64,000 bases of DNA, from contig CM102283.1 in NCBI GenBank assembly GCA_046563655.1, forward strand, positions 4,650,001 through 4,714,000, read 5' to 3'. Source of the DNA: Yuukianura sp. NJ FZ-2021 (Eukaryota). Under the pieces are notes generated by a model. That model was given only the letters and a program-made list of their open reading frames with translations. It did no database searches and was not told the origin of the DNA. Position numbers and translations under genes: made by a program. This document shows, piece by piece, positions 1 to 12,923 of this stretch. The first letter of the stretch is position 1, and each line of letters opens with the position of its first letter.

Positions 1-3000
1 TAAAACCCGCTTGCATTTGGACAAAGAGTAAAGCGGATTTTTTTCAAAATTTCTGAGTGCGACCACTAAATTCTAAGGCTATACAGACACATCTCATTCC
101 ATTCTAACGCTATTATACAATGGTGTTTGATATGCCGCCTGTTAGTTTAGGAACAGTTTCGCCTGCGTTTTAAGTTGAAATTAGATATGCTTTGGAACAG
201 CTATTTTATTAAAACCCGCTTGCATTTGGACAAAGAGTAAAGCGGATTTTTTTTCAAAATTTCTGAGTGCGACCACTAAATTCTAAGGCTATACAGACAC
301 ATCTCATTCCATTCTAACGCTATTATACAATGGTGTTTGATATGCCGCCTGTTAGTTTAGGAACAGTTTCGCCTGTGTTTTAAGTTGAAATTAGAAATGC
401 TTTGAATCAGCTATTTTATTAAAACCCGCTTGCATTTGGACAACGAGCAAAGCGGATTTTTTTTTCAAAATTTCTGAGTGCGACCACTAGGTTCTAAGGC
501 TATACAGACACATCTCATTCCATTCTAACGCTATTATACAATGGTGTTTGATATGCCGCCTGTTAGTTTAGGAACAGTTTCGCCTGCGTTTTAAGTTGAA
601 ATTAGATATGCTTTGGAACAGCTATTTTATTAAAACCCGCTTGCATTTGGACAAAGAGTAAAGCGCATTTTTTTCCAAAATTTTTGAGTGCGACCACCAG
701 ATTCTAAGGCTATACAGACACATCTCATTCCATTCTAACGCTATTATACAATGGTGTTTGATATGCCACCTTTTAGTTTAGGAATAGTTTCACTTGTGTT
801 TTAAGTTGAAATTAGATATGCTTTGGAACAGCTATTTTATTAAAACCCGCTTGCATTTGGACAAAGAGTAAAGCGGATTTTTTTCAAAATTTCTGAGTGC
901 GACCACTAAATTCTAAGGCTATACAGACACATCTCATTCCATTCTAACGCTATTATACAATGGTGTTTGATATGCCGCCTGTTAGTTTAGGAACAGTTTC
1001 GCCTGCGTTTTAAGTTGAAATTAGATATGCTTTGGAACAGCTATTTTATTAAAACCCGCTTGCATTTGGACAAAGAGTAAAGCGGATTTTTTTTTCAAAA
1101 TTTCTGAGTGCGACCACTAAATTCTAAGGCTATACAGGCACATCTCATTCCATTCTAACGCTATTATACAATGGTGTTTGATATGCCGCCTGTTAGTTTA
1201 GGAACAGTTTCGCCTGTGTTTTAAGTTGAAATTAGAAATGCTTTGAATCAGCTATTTTATTAAAACCCGCTTGCATTTGGACAACGAGCAAAGCGGATTT
1301 TTTTTTCAAAATTTCGGAGTGCGACCACTAGGTTCTAAGGCTATACAGACACATCTAATTCCATTCTAACGGTATTGTACAATGGTGTTTGATATGCCGC
1401 CTTTTAGTTTAGGAACAGTTTCGCCTGCGTTTTAAGTTGAAATTAGATATGCTTTGGAACAGCTATTTTATTAAAACCCGCTTGCATTTGGACAAAGAGT
1501 AAAGCGGATTTTTTTCAAAATTTCTGAGTGCGACCACTAAATTCTAAGGCTATACAGACACATCTCATTCCATTCTAACGCTATTATACAATGGTGTTTG
1601 ATATGCCGCCTGTTAGTTTAGGAACAGTTTCGCCTGCGTTTTAAGTTGAAATTAGATATGCTTTGGAACAGCTATTTTATTAAAACCCGCTTGCATTTGG
1701 ACAAAGAGTAAAGCGGATTTTTTTTCAAAATTTTTGAGTGCGACCACTAGATTCTAAGGCTATACAGACACAGCTAAGTCCATTCTAACGGTATTGTACA
1801 ATGGTGTTTGATATGCCGCCTTTTAGTTTAGGAACAGTTTCGCCTGTGCTTTAAGTTGAAATTAGATATGCTTTGGAACAGCTATTTTATTAAAACCCGC
1901 TTGCATTTGGACAAAGAGTAAAGCGCATTTTTTTCCAAAATTTTTGAGTGCGACCACCAGATTCTAAGGCTATACAGACACATCTCATTCCATTCTAACG
2001 CTATTATACAATGGTGTTTGATATGCCACCTTTTAGTTTAGGAATAGTTTCACTTGTGTTTTAAGTTGAAATTAGATATGCTTTGGAACAGCTATTTTAT
2101 TAAAACCCGCTTGCATTTGGACAGAGAGTAAAGCGGATTTTTTTTCAAAATTTCTGAGTGCGACCACTAAATTCTAAGGCTATACAGACACATCTCATTC
2201 CATTCTAACGCTATTATACAATGGTGTTTGATATGCCGCCTGTTAGTTTAGGAACAGTTTCGCCTGCGTTTTAAGTTGAAATTAGATATGCTTTGGAACT
2301 GCTATTTTATTAAAACCCGCTTGCATTTGGACAAAGAGTAAAGCGGATTTTTTTTTCAAAATTTCTGAGTGCGACCACTAAATTCTAAGGCTATACAGAC
2401 ACATCTCATTCCATTCTAACGCTATTATACAATGGTGTTTGATATGCCGCCTGTTAGTTTAGGAACAGTTTCGCCTGTGTTTTAAGTTGAAATTAGAAAT
2501 GCTTTGAATCAGCTATTTTATTAAAACCCGCTTGCATTTGGACAACGAGCAAAGCGGATTTTTTTCAAAATTTCTGAGTGCGACCACTAGGTTCTAAGGC
2601 TATACAGACACATCTCATTCCATTCTAACGCTATTATACAATGGTGTTTGATATGCCGCCTGTTAGTTTAGGAACAGTTTCGCCTGCGTTTTAAGTTGAA
2701 ATTAGATATGCTTTGGAACAGCTATTTTATTAAAACCCGCTTGCATTTGGACAAAGAGTAAAGCGCATTTTTTTCCAAAATTTTTGAGTGCGACCACCAG
2801 ATTCTAAGGTTATACAGACACATCTCATTCCATTCTAACGCTATTATACAATGGTGTTTGATATGCCACCTTTTAGTTTAGGAATAGTTTCACTTGTGTT
2901 TTAAGTTGAAATTAGATATGCTTTGGAACAGCTATTTTATTAAAACCCGCTTGCATTTGGACAAAGAGTAAAGCGGATTCTTTTCCCAAATTTCTGAGTG

Positions 3001-6000
3001 CGACCACTAAATTCTAAGGCTATACAGACACATCTCATTCCATTCTAACGCTATTATACAATGGTGTTTGATATGCCGCCTGTTAGTTTAGGAACAGTTT
3101 CGCCTGCATTTTAAGTTGAAATTAGATATGCTTTGGAACAGCTATTTTATTAAAACCCGCTTGCATTTGGACAAAGAGTAAAGCGGATTTTTTTTTTCAA
3201 AATTTCTGAGTGCGACCACTAAATTCTAAGGCTATACAGACACATCTCATTCCATTCTAAAGCTATTATACAATGGTGTTTGATATGCCGCTTTTTAGTT
3301 TAGGAACAGTTTCGCCTGTGTTTTAAGTTGAAATTATATATGCTTTGGAACAGCTATTTTATTAAAACCCGCTTGCATTTGGACAAAGAGTAACGCGGGT
3401 TTTTTTCCAAAATTTCTGAGTGCGACCACTAGATTCTAAGGCTATACAGACACATCTAATTCCATTCTAACGGTATTGTACAATGGTGTTTGATATGCCG
3501 CCTTTTAGTTTAGGAACAGTTTCGCCTGTGTTTTAAGTTGAAATTAGAAATGCTTTGAATCAGCTATTTTATTAAAACCCGCTTGCATTTGGACAACGAG
3601 CAAAGCGGATTTTTTTTTCAAAATTTCTGAGTGCGACCACTAGGTTCTAAGGCTATACAGACACATCTAATTCCATTCTAACGGTATTGTACAATGGTGT
3701 TTGATATGCCGCCTTTTAGTTTAGGAACAGTTTCGCCTGCGTTTTAAGTTGAAATTAGATATGCTTTGGAACAGCTATTTTATTAAAACCCGCTTGCATT
3801 TGGACAAAGAGTAAAGCGGATTTTTTTTCAAAATTTCTGAGTGCGACCACTAAATTCTAAGGCTATACAGACACATCTCATTCCATTCTAACGCTATTAT
3901 ACAATGGTGTTTGATATGCCGCCTGTTAGTTTAGGAACAGTTTCGCCTGCGTTTTAAGTTGAAATTAGATATGCTTTGGAACAGCTATTTTATTAAAACC
4001 CGCTTGCATTTGGACAAAGAGTAAAGCGGATTTTTTTCAAAATTTTTGAGTGCGACCACTAGATTCTAAGGCTATACAGACACAGCTAAGTCCATTCTAA
4101 CGGTATTGTACAATGGTGTTTGATATGCCGCCTTTTAGTTTAGGAACAGTTTCGCCTGTGTTTTAAGTTGAAATTAGATATGCTTTGGAACAGCTATTTT
4201 ATTAAAACCCGCTTGCATTTGGACAACGAGTAAAGCGGTTTTTTTTCAAAATTTCTGAGTGCGACCACTAAATTCTAAGGCTATACAGACACATCTCATT
4301 CCATTCTAACGCTATTATACAATGGTGTTTGATATGCCACCTTTTAGTTTAGGAATAGTTTCACTTGTGTTTTAAGTTGAAATTAGATATGCTTTGGAAC
4401 AGCTATTTTATTAAAACCCGCTTGCATTTGGACAACGAGTAAAGCGGATTTTTTTTCAAAATTTCTGAGTGCGACCACTAAATTCTAAGGCTATACAGAC
4501 ACATCTCATTCCATTCTAACGCTATTATACAATGGTGTTTGATATGCCGCCTGTTAGTTTAGGAACAGTTTCGCCTGTGTTTTAAGTTGAAATTTGATAT
4601 GCTTTGGAACAGCTACTTTATTAAAACCCGCTTGCATTTGGACAAAGAGTAAAGCGGATTTTTTTCAAAATTTTTGAGTGCGACCACCAGATTCTAAGGC
4701 TATACAGACACATCTAAGTCCATTCTAACGGTATTGTACAATGGTGTTTGATATGCCGCCTTCTATTTTAGGAATAGTCTCGCTTGTGTTTTAAGTTGAA
4801 ATTAGATATGCTTTGGAATGGCTATTTTATTAAAACCCGCTTGCATTTGGACAAAGAGCAAAGCGGATTTTTTTTCAAAATTTCTGAGTGCGACCACTAG
4901 GTTCTAAGGCTATACAGACACATCTAATTCCATTCTAACGGTATTGTACAATGGTGTTTGATATGCCGCCTGTTAGTTTAGGAACAGTTTCGCCTGTGCT
5001 TTAAGTTGACATTAGATATGCTTTCGAACAGCTCTTTTATTAAAGCCCGCTTGCATTTGGACAAAGAGTAAAGCAGATTTTTTCAAAATTTCTGAGTGCG
5101 ACCACTAGGTTCTAAGGCTATACAGACACATCTAATTCCATTCTAACGGTATTGTACAATGGTGTTTGATATGCCGCCTTTTAGTTTAGGAACAGTTTCG
5201 CCTGCGTTTTAAGTTGAAATTAGATATGCTTTGGAACAGCTATTTTATTAAAACCCGCTTGCATTTGGACAAAGAGTAAAGCGGATTTTTTTTCAAAATT
5301 TCTGAGTGCGACCACTAAATTCTAAGGCTATACAGACACATCTCATTCCATTCTAACGCTATTATACAATGGTGTTTGATATGCCGCCTGTTAGTTTAGG
5401 AACAGTTTCGCCTGCGTTTTAAGTTGAAATTAGATATGCTTTGGAACAGCTATTTTATTAAAACCCGCTTGCATTTGGACAAAGAGTAAAGCGGATTTTT
5501 TTTCAAAATTTTTGAGTGCGACCACTAGATTCTAAGGCTATACAGACACAGCTAAGTCCATTCTAACGGTATTGTACAATGGTGTTTGATATGCCGCCTT
5601 TTAGTTTAGGAACAGTTTCGCCTGTGTTTTAAGTTGAAATTAGATATGCTTTGGAACAGCTATTTTATTAAAACCCGCTTGCATTTGGACAACGAGTAAA
5701 GCGGATTTTTTTTTCAAAATTTCTGAGTGCGACCACTAAATTCTAAGGCTATACAGACACATCTCATTCCATTCTAACGCTATTATACAATGGTGTTTGA
5801 TATGCCACCTTTTAGTTTAGGAATAGTTTCACTTGTGTTTTAAGTTGAAATTAGATATGCTTTGGAACAGCTATTTTATTAAAACCCGCTTGCATTTGGA
5901 CAACGAGTAAAGCGGATTTTTTTTTTCAAAATTTCTGAGTGCGACCACTAAATTCTAAGGCTATACAGACACATCTCATTCCATTCTAACGCTATTATAC

Positions 6001-9000
6001 AATGGTGTTTGATATGCCGCCTGTTAGTTTAGGAACAGTTTCGCCTGTGTTTTAAGTTGAAATTTGATATGCTTTGGAACAGCTACTTTATTAAAACCCG
6101 CTTGCATTTGGACAAAGAGTAAAGCGGATTTTTTTCAAAATTTTTGAGTGCGACCACCAGATTCTAAGGCTATACAGACACATCTAAGTCCATTCTAACG
6201 GTATTGTACAATGGTGTTTGATATGCCGCCTTCTATTTTAGGAATAGTCTCGCTTGTGTTTTAAGTTGAAATTAGATATGCTTTGGAATGGCTATTTTAT
6301 TAAAACCCGCTTGCATTTGGACAAAGAGCAAAGCGGATTTTTTTTTCAAAATTTCTGAGTGCGACCACTAGGTTCTAAGGCTATACAGACACATCTAATT
6401 CCATTCTAACGGTATTGTACAATGGTGTTTGATATGCCGCCTTCTATTTTAGGAATAGTCTCGCTTGTGTTTTAAGTTGAAATTAGATACCTATGCTTTG
6501 GAATGGCTATTTTATTAAAACCCGCTTGCATTTGGACAAAGAGCAAAGCGGATTTTTTTTTCAAAATTTCTGAGTGCGACCACTAGGTTCTAAGGCTATA
6601 CAGACACATCTAATTCCATTCTAACGGTATTGTACAATGGTGTTTGATATGCCGCCTGTTAGTTTAGGAACAGTTTCGCCTGTGCTTTAAGTTGACATTA
6701 GATATGCTTTCGAACAGCTCTTTTATTAAAGCCCGCTTGCATTTGGACAAAGAGTAAAGCAGATTTTTTTTTCAAAATTTCTGAGTGCGACCACTAGGTT
6801 CTAAGGCTATACAGACACATCTAATTCCATTCTAACGGTATTGTACAATGGTGTTTGATATGCCGCCTTTTAGTTTAGGAACAGTTTCGCCTGCGTTTTA
6901 AGTTGAAATTAGATATGCTTTGGAACAGCTATTTTATTAAAACCCGCTTGCATTTGGACAAAGAGTAAAGCGGATTTTTTTTTCAAAATTTCTGAGTGCG
7001 ACCACTAAATTCTAAGGCTATACAGACACATCTCATTCCATTCTAACGCTATTATACAATGGTGTTTGATATGCCGCCTGTTAGTTTAGGAACAGTTTCG
7101 CCTGCGTTTTAAGTTGAAATTAGATATGCTTTGGAACAGCTATTTTATTAAAACCCGCTTGCATTTGGACAAAGAGTAAAGCGGATTTTTTTTCAAAATT
7201 TTTGAGTGCGACCACTAGATTCTAAGGCTATACAGACACAGCTAAGTCCATTCTAACGGTATTGTACAATGGTGTTTGATATGCCGCCTTTTAGTTTAGG
7301 AACAGTTTCGCCTGTGTTTTAAGTTGAAATTAGATATGCTTTGGAACAGCTATTTTATTAAAACCCGCTTGCATTTGGACAACGAGTAAAGCGGTTTTTT
7401 TTCAAAATTTCTGAGTGCGACCACTAAATTCTAAGGCTATACAGACACATCTCATTCCATTCTAACGCTATTATACAATGGTGTTTGATATGCCACCTTT
7501 TAGTTTAGGAATAGTTTCACTTGTGTTTTAAGTTGAAATTAGATATGCTTTGGAACAGCTATTTTATTAAAACCCGCTTGCATTTGGACAACGAGTAAAG
7601 CGGATTTTTTTTCAAAATTTCTGAGTGCGACCACTAAATTCTAAGGCTATACAGACACATCTCATTCCATTCTAACGCTATTATACAATGGTGTTTGATA
7701 TGCCGCCTGTTAGTTTAGGAACAGTTTCGCCTGTGTTTTAAGTTGAAATTTGATATGCTTTGGAACAGCTACTTTATTAAAACCCGCTTGCATTTGGACA
7801 AAGAGTAAAGCGGATTTTTTTCAAAATTTTTGAGTGCGACCACCAGATTCTAAGGCTATACAGACACATCTAAGTCCATTCTAACGGTATTGTACAATGG
7901 TGTTTGATATGCCGCCTTCTATTTTAGGAATAGTCTCGCTTGTGTTTTAAGTTGAAATTAGATATGCTTTGGAATGGCTATTTTATTAAAACCCGCTTGC
8001 ATTTGGACAAAGAGCAAAGCGGATTTTTTTCAAAATTTCTGAGTGCGACCACTAGGTTCTAAGGCTATACAGACACATCTAATTCCATTCTAACGGTATT
8101 GTACAATGGTGTTTGATATGCCGCCTTCTATTTTAGGAATAGTCTCGCTTGTGTTTTAAGTTGAAATTAGATATGCTTTGGAATGGCTATTTTATTAAAA
8201 CCCGCTTGCATTTGGACAAAGAGTAAAGCGGATATTTTTTTCAAAATCTCTGAGTGCGACCACTAAATTCTAAGGCTATAAAGACACATCTCATTCCATT
8301 CTAACGCTATTATACAATGGTGTTTGATATGCCGCCTGTTAGTTTAGGAACAGTTTCGCCTGTGCTTTAAGTTGAAATTAGATATGCTTTGGAACAGCTA
8401 TTTTATTAAAACCCGCTTGCATTTGGACAACGAGTAAAGCGGATTTTTTTTTTCAAAATTTCTGAGTGCGACCACTAAATTCTAAGGCTATACAGACACA
8501 TCTCATTCCATTCTAACGCTATTATACAATGGTGTTTGATATGCCACCTTTTAGTTTAGGAATAGTTTCACTTGTGTTTTAAGTTGAAATTAGATATGCT
8601 TTGGAACAGCTATTTTATTAAAACCCGCTTGCATTTGGACAACGAGTAAAGCGGATTTTTTTTCAAAATTTCTGAGTGCGACCACTAAATTCTAAGGCTA
8701 TACAGACACATCTCATTCCATTCTAACGCTATTATACAATGGTGTTTGATATGCCGCCTGTTAGTTTAGGAACAGTTTCGCCTGTGTTTTAAGTTGAAAT
8801 TTGATATGCTTTGGAACAGCTATTTTATTAAAACCCGCTTGCATTTGGACAAAGAGTAAAGCGGATTTTTTTCCAAAATTTCTGAGTGCGACCACTAGAT
8901 TCTAAGGCTATACAGACACATCTAAGTCCATTCTAACGGTATTGTACAATGGTGTTTGATATGCCGCCTTCTATTTTAGGAATAGTCTCGCTTGTGTTTT

Positions 9001-12000
9001 AAGTTGAAATTAGATATGCTTTGGAATGGCTATTTTATTAAAACCCGCTTGCATTTGGACAAAGAGCAAAGCGGATTTTTTTTTCAAAATTTCTGAGTGC
9101 GACCACTAAATTCTAAGGCTATACAGACACATCTCATTCCATTCTAACGCTATTATACAATGGTGTTTGATATGCCACCTTTTAGTTTAGGAATAGTTTC
9201 ACTTGTGTTTTAAGTTGAAATTAGATATGCTTTGGAATGGCTATTTTATTAAAACCCGCTTGCATTTGGACAAAGAGCAAAGCGGATTTTTTTTCAAAAT
9301 TTCTGAGTGCGACCACTAAATTCTAAGGCTATACAGACACATCTCATTCCATTCTAACGCTATTATACAATGGTGTTTGATATGCCGCCTGTTAGTTTAG
9401 GAACAGTTTCGCCTGTGTTTTAAGTTGAAATTTGATATGCTTTGGAACAGCTATTTTATTAAAACCCGCTTGCATTTGGACAAAGAGTAAAGCGGATTTT
9501 TTTCCAAAATTTCTGAGTGCGACCACTAGATTCTAAGGCTATACAGACACATCTAAGTCCATTCTAACGGTATTGTACAATGGTGTTTGATATGCCGCGT
9601 TCTATTTTAGGAATAGTTTCGCTTGTGTTTTAAGTTGAAATTAGATATGCTTTGCAACAGCTATTTTATTAAAACCCGCTTGCATTTGGACAAAGAGTAA
9701 AGCGGATTTTTTTTCAAAATTTTTGAGTGCGACCACCAGATTCTAAGGCTATACAGACACATCTCATTCCATTCTAACGCTATTATACAATGGTGTTTGA
9801 TATGCCACCTTTTAGTTTAGGAATAGTTTCGCTTGTGTTTTAAGTTGAAATTAGATATGCTTTGGAACAGCTATTTTATTAAAACCCGCTTGCATTTGGA
9901 CAACGAGTAAAGCGGATTCTTTTTTGAAAATTTCTGAGTGCGACCACTAAATTCTAAGGCTATACAGACACATCTCATTCCATTCTAACGCTATTATACA
10001 ATGGTGTTTGATATGCCGCCTGTTAGTTTAGGAACAGTTTCGCCTGTGTTTTAAGTTGAAATTAGATATGCTTTGGAACAGCTATTTTATTAAAGCCCGC
10101 TTGCATTTGGACAAAGAGTAAAGCGGATTTTTTTTCAAAATTTTTGAGTGCGACCACCAGATTCTAAGGCTATACAGACACATCTCATTCCATTCTAACG
10201 CTATTATACAATGGTGTTTGATATGCCACCTTTTAGTTTAGGAATAGTTTCGCTTGTGTTTTAAGTTGAAATTAGATATGCTTTGGAACAGCTATTTTAT
10301 TAAAACCCGCTTGCATTTGGACAACGAGTAAAGCGGATTTTTTTTTCAAAATTTCTGAGTGCGACCACTAAATTCTAAGGCTATACAGACACATCTCATT
10401 CCATTCTAACGCTATTATACAATGGTGTTTGATATGCCGCCTGTTAGTTTAGGAACAGTTTCGCCTGTGTTTTAAGTTGAAATTAGATATGCTTTGGAAC
10501 AGCTATTTTATTAAAGCCCGCTTGCATTTGGACAAAGAGTAAAGCGGATTTTTTTCAAAATTTCTGAGTGTGACCACTAGATTCTAAGGCTATACAGACA
10601 CATCTAAGTCCATTCTAACGGTATTGTACAATGGTGTTTGATATGCCGCCTTCTATTTTAGGAATAGTCTGGCTTGTGTTTTAAGTTGAAATTAGATATG
10701 CTTTGCAACAGCTATTTTATTAAAACCCGCTTGCATTTGGACAAAGAGTAAAGCGGATTTTTTTTCAAAATTTTTGAGTGCGACCACCAGATTCTAAGGC
10801 TATACAGACACATCTCATTCCATTCTAACGCTATTATACAATGGTGTTTGATATGCCACCTTTTAGTTTAGGAATAGTTTCGCTTGTGTTTTAAGTTGAA
10901 ATTAGATATGCTTTGGAACAGCTATTTTATTAAAACCCGCTTGCATTTGGACAACGAGTAAAGCGGATTCTTTTTTTGAAAATTTCTGAGTGCGACCACT
11001 AAATTCTAAGGCTATACAGACACATCTCATTCCATTCTAACGCTATTATACAATGGTGTTTGATATGCCGCCTGTTAGTTTAGGAACAGTTTCGCCTGTG
11101 TTTTAAGTTGAAATTAGATATGCTTTGGAACAGCTATTTTATTAAAGCCCGCTTGCATTTGGACAAAGAGTAAAGCGGATTTTTTTTCAAAATTTTTGAG
11201 TGCGACCACCAGATTCTAAGGCTATACAGACACATCTCATTCCATTCTAACGCTATTATACAATGGTGTTTGATATGCCACCTTTTAGTTTAGGAATAGT
11301 TTCGCTTGTGTTTTAAGTTGAAATTAGATATGCTTTGGAACAGCTATTTTATTAAAACCCGCTTGCATTTGGACAACGAGTAAAGCGGATTTTTTTTTCA
11401 AAATTTCTGAGTGCGACCACTAAATTCTAAGGCTATACAGACACATCTCATTCCATTCTAACGCTATTATACAATGGTGTTTGATATGCCGCCTGTTAGT
11501 TTAGGAACAGTTTCGCCTGTGTTTTAAGTTGAAATTAGATATGCTTTGGAACAGCTATTTTATTAAAGCCCGCTTGCATTTGGACAAAGAGTAAAGCGGA
11601 TTTTTTTTTTCAAAATTTCTGAGTGTGACCACTAGATTCTAAGGCTATACAGACACATCTAAGTCCATTCTAACGGTATTGTACAATGGTGTTTGATATG
11701 CCGCCTTCTATTTTAGGAATAGTCTGGCTTGTGTTTTAAGTTGAAATTAGATATGCTTTGCAACAGCTATTTTATTAAAACCCGCTTGCATTTGGACAAA
11801 GAGTAAAGCGGATTTTTTTTCAAAATTTTTGAGTGCGACCACCAGATTCTAAGGCTATACAGACACATCTCATTCCATTCTAACGCTATTATACAATGGT
11901 GTTTGATATGCCACCTTTTAGTTTAGGAATAGTTTCGCTTGTGTTTTAAGTTGAAATTAGATATGCTTTGGAACAGCTATTTTATTAAAACCCGCTTGCA

Positions 12001-12320
12001 TTTGGACAACGAGTAAAGCGGATTTTTTTTTCAAAATTTCTGAGTGCGACCACTAAATTCTAAGGCTATACAGACACATCTCATTCCATTCTAACGCTAT
12101 TATACAATGGTGTTTGATATGCCGCCTGTTAGTTTAGGAACAGTTTCGCCTGTGTTTTAAGTTGAAATTAGATATGCTTTGGAACAGCTATTTTATTAAA
12201 ACCCGCTTGCATTTGGACAACGAGTAAAGCGGATTTTTTTTTCAAAATTTCTGAGTGCGACCACTAAATTCTAAGGCTATACAGACACATCTCATTCCAT
12301 TCTAACGCTATTATACAATG
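1..12320. repeat. Tandem satellite array, ~210-bp monomer (~58 copies in window), runs off the left edge
   Basis: Monomer TAAAACCCGCTTGCATTTGGACAAAGAGTAAAGCGGA(T)nCAAAATTTCTGAGTGCGACC... recurs at 1, 210, 420, 631, 841 and so on. It is highly homogeneous, has no ORFs, and stops mid-monomer at ...TATACAATG (12320). Confidence 0.99.
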
Positions 12321-12541
12321 TTCCAATGTACAATATTCCCACTCCGCCGTGTGTTTTCCCCCATCGCCGAATCCCCCAAACCACCTTCAAGAACATTCGA
12401 GAACTTTCTGCCTGTGAACAGGCAGAATCCCACTTCCCACTTCTTCTTCAGTCTTCTGCTCCACTTCATCCCATTCGGATCCACGTCTCTCCAGTCCAGC
12501 TTTTCCATCCGCCATTTTGGCCGCCAGGCCGCAACTGGAGA

Positions 12542-12627
12542 AGACCCACCACTTGGACAGACCCACCACTTGGACAGACCCACCACTTGGACAGACCCAC
12601 TACTTGGATAGACCCACCACTGGACAG
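12542..12627. repeat. 17-bp minisatellite (AGACCCACCACTTGGAC)x~5
   Basis: Directly visible tandem copies; the last two are slightly diverged. Confidence 0.95.
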
Positions 12628-12923
12628 TCAGATATTGGTTCTTTTTTCGTTTATTTCTTTAAAATAAAAGTTTCCGTTTATTCTTCCCTCATCTGCCCTG
12701 TTTTTCGTCTGATTCATTTGGCCAGGTCACTCTTGTGACCTGTCCTTGACCCTACATTCCGGGTGCCCTTTGTGGCGGCCCGTGAGGAGCCTACCTCCTC
12801 ATATACTGCACAGACCATCACAATCGGATAACTCAAACCAAAATGAAAACTCATCTCAACTACAACTTAAAAACACATGTGATTGGTCAAGCGGACAAAT
12901 TCAAACTAAAATTTTTATGTTTA

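Noticed and set aside
6488-6494. 4-bp insertion in one satellite monomer as a transposon footprint
   Set aside because: A single small indel with no supporting structure; it could be slippage or a read error.
12542-12627. CRISPR-like array
   Set aside because: The repeats are contiguous with no unique spacers, the context is eukaryotic, and there are no cas genes.
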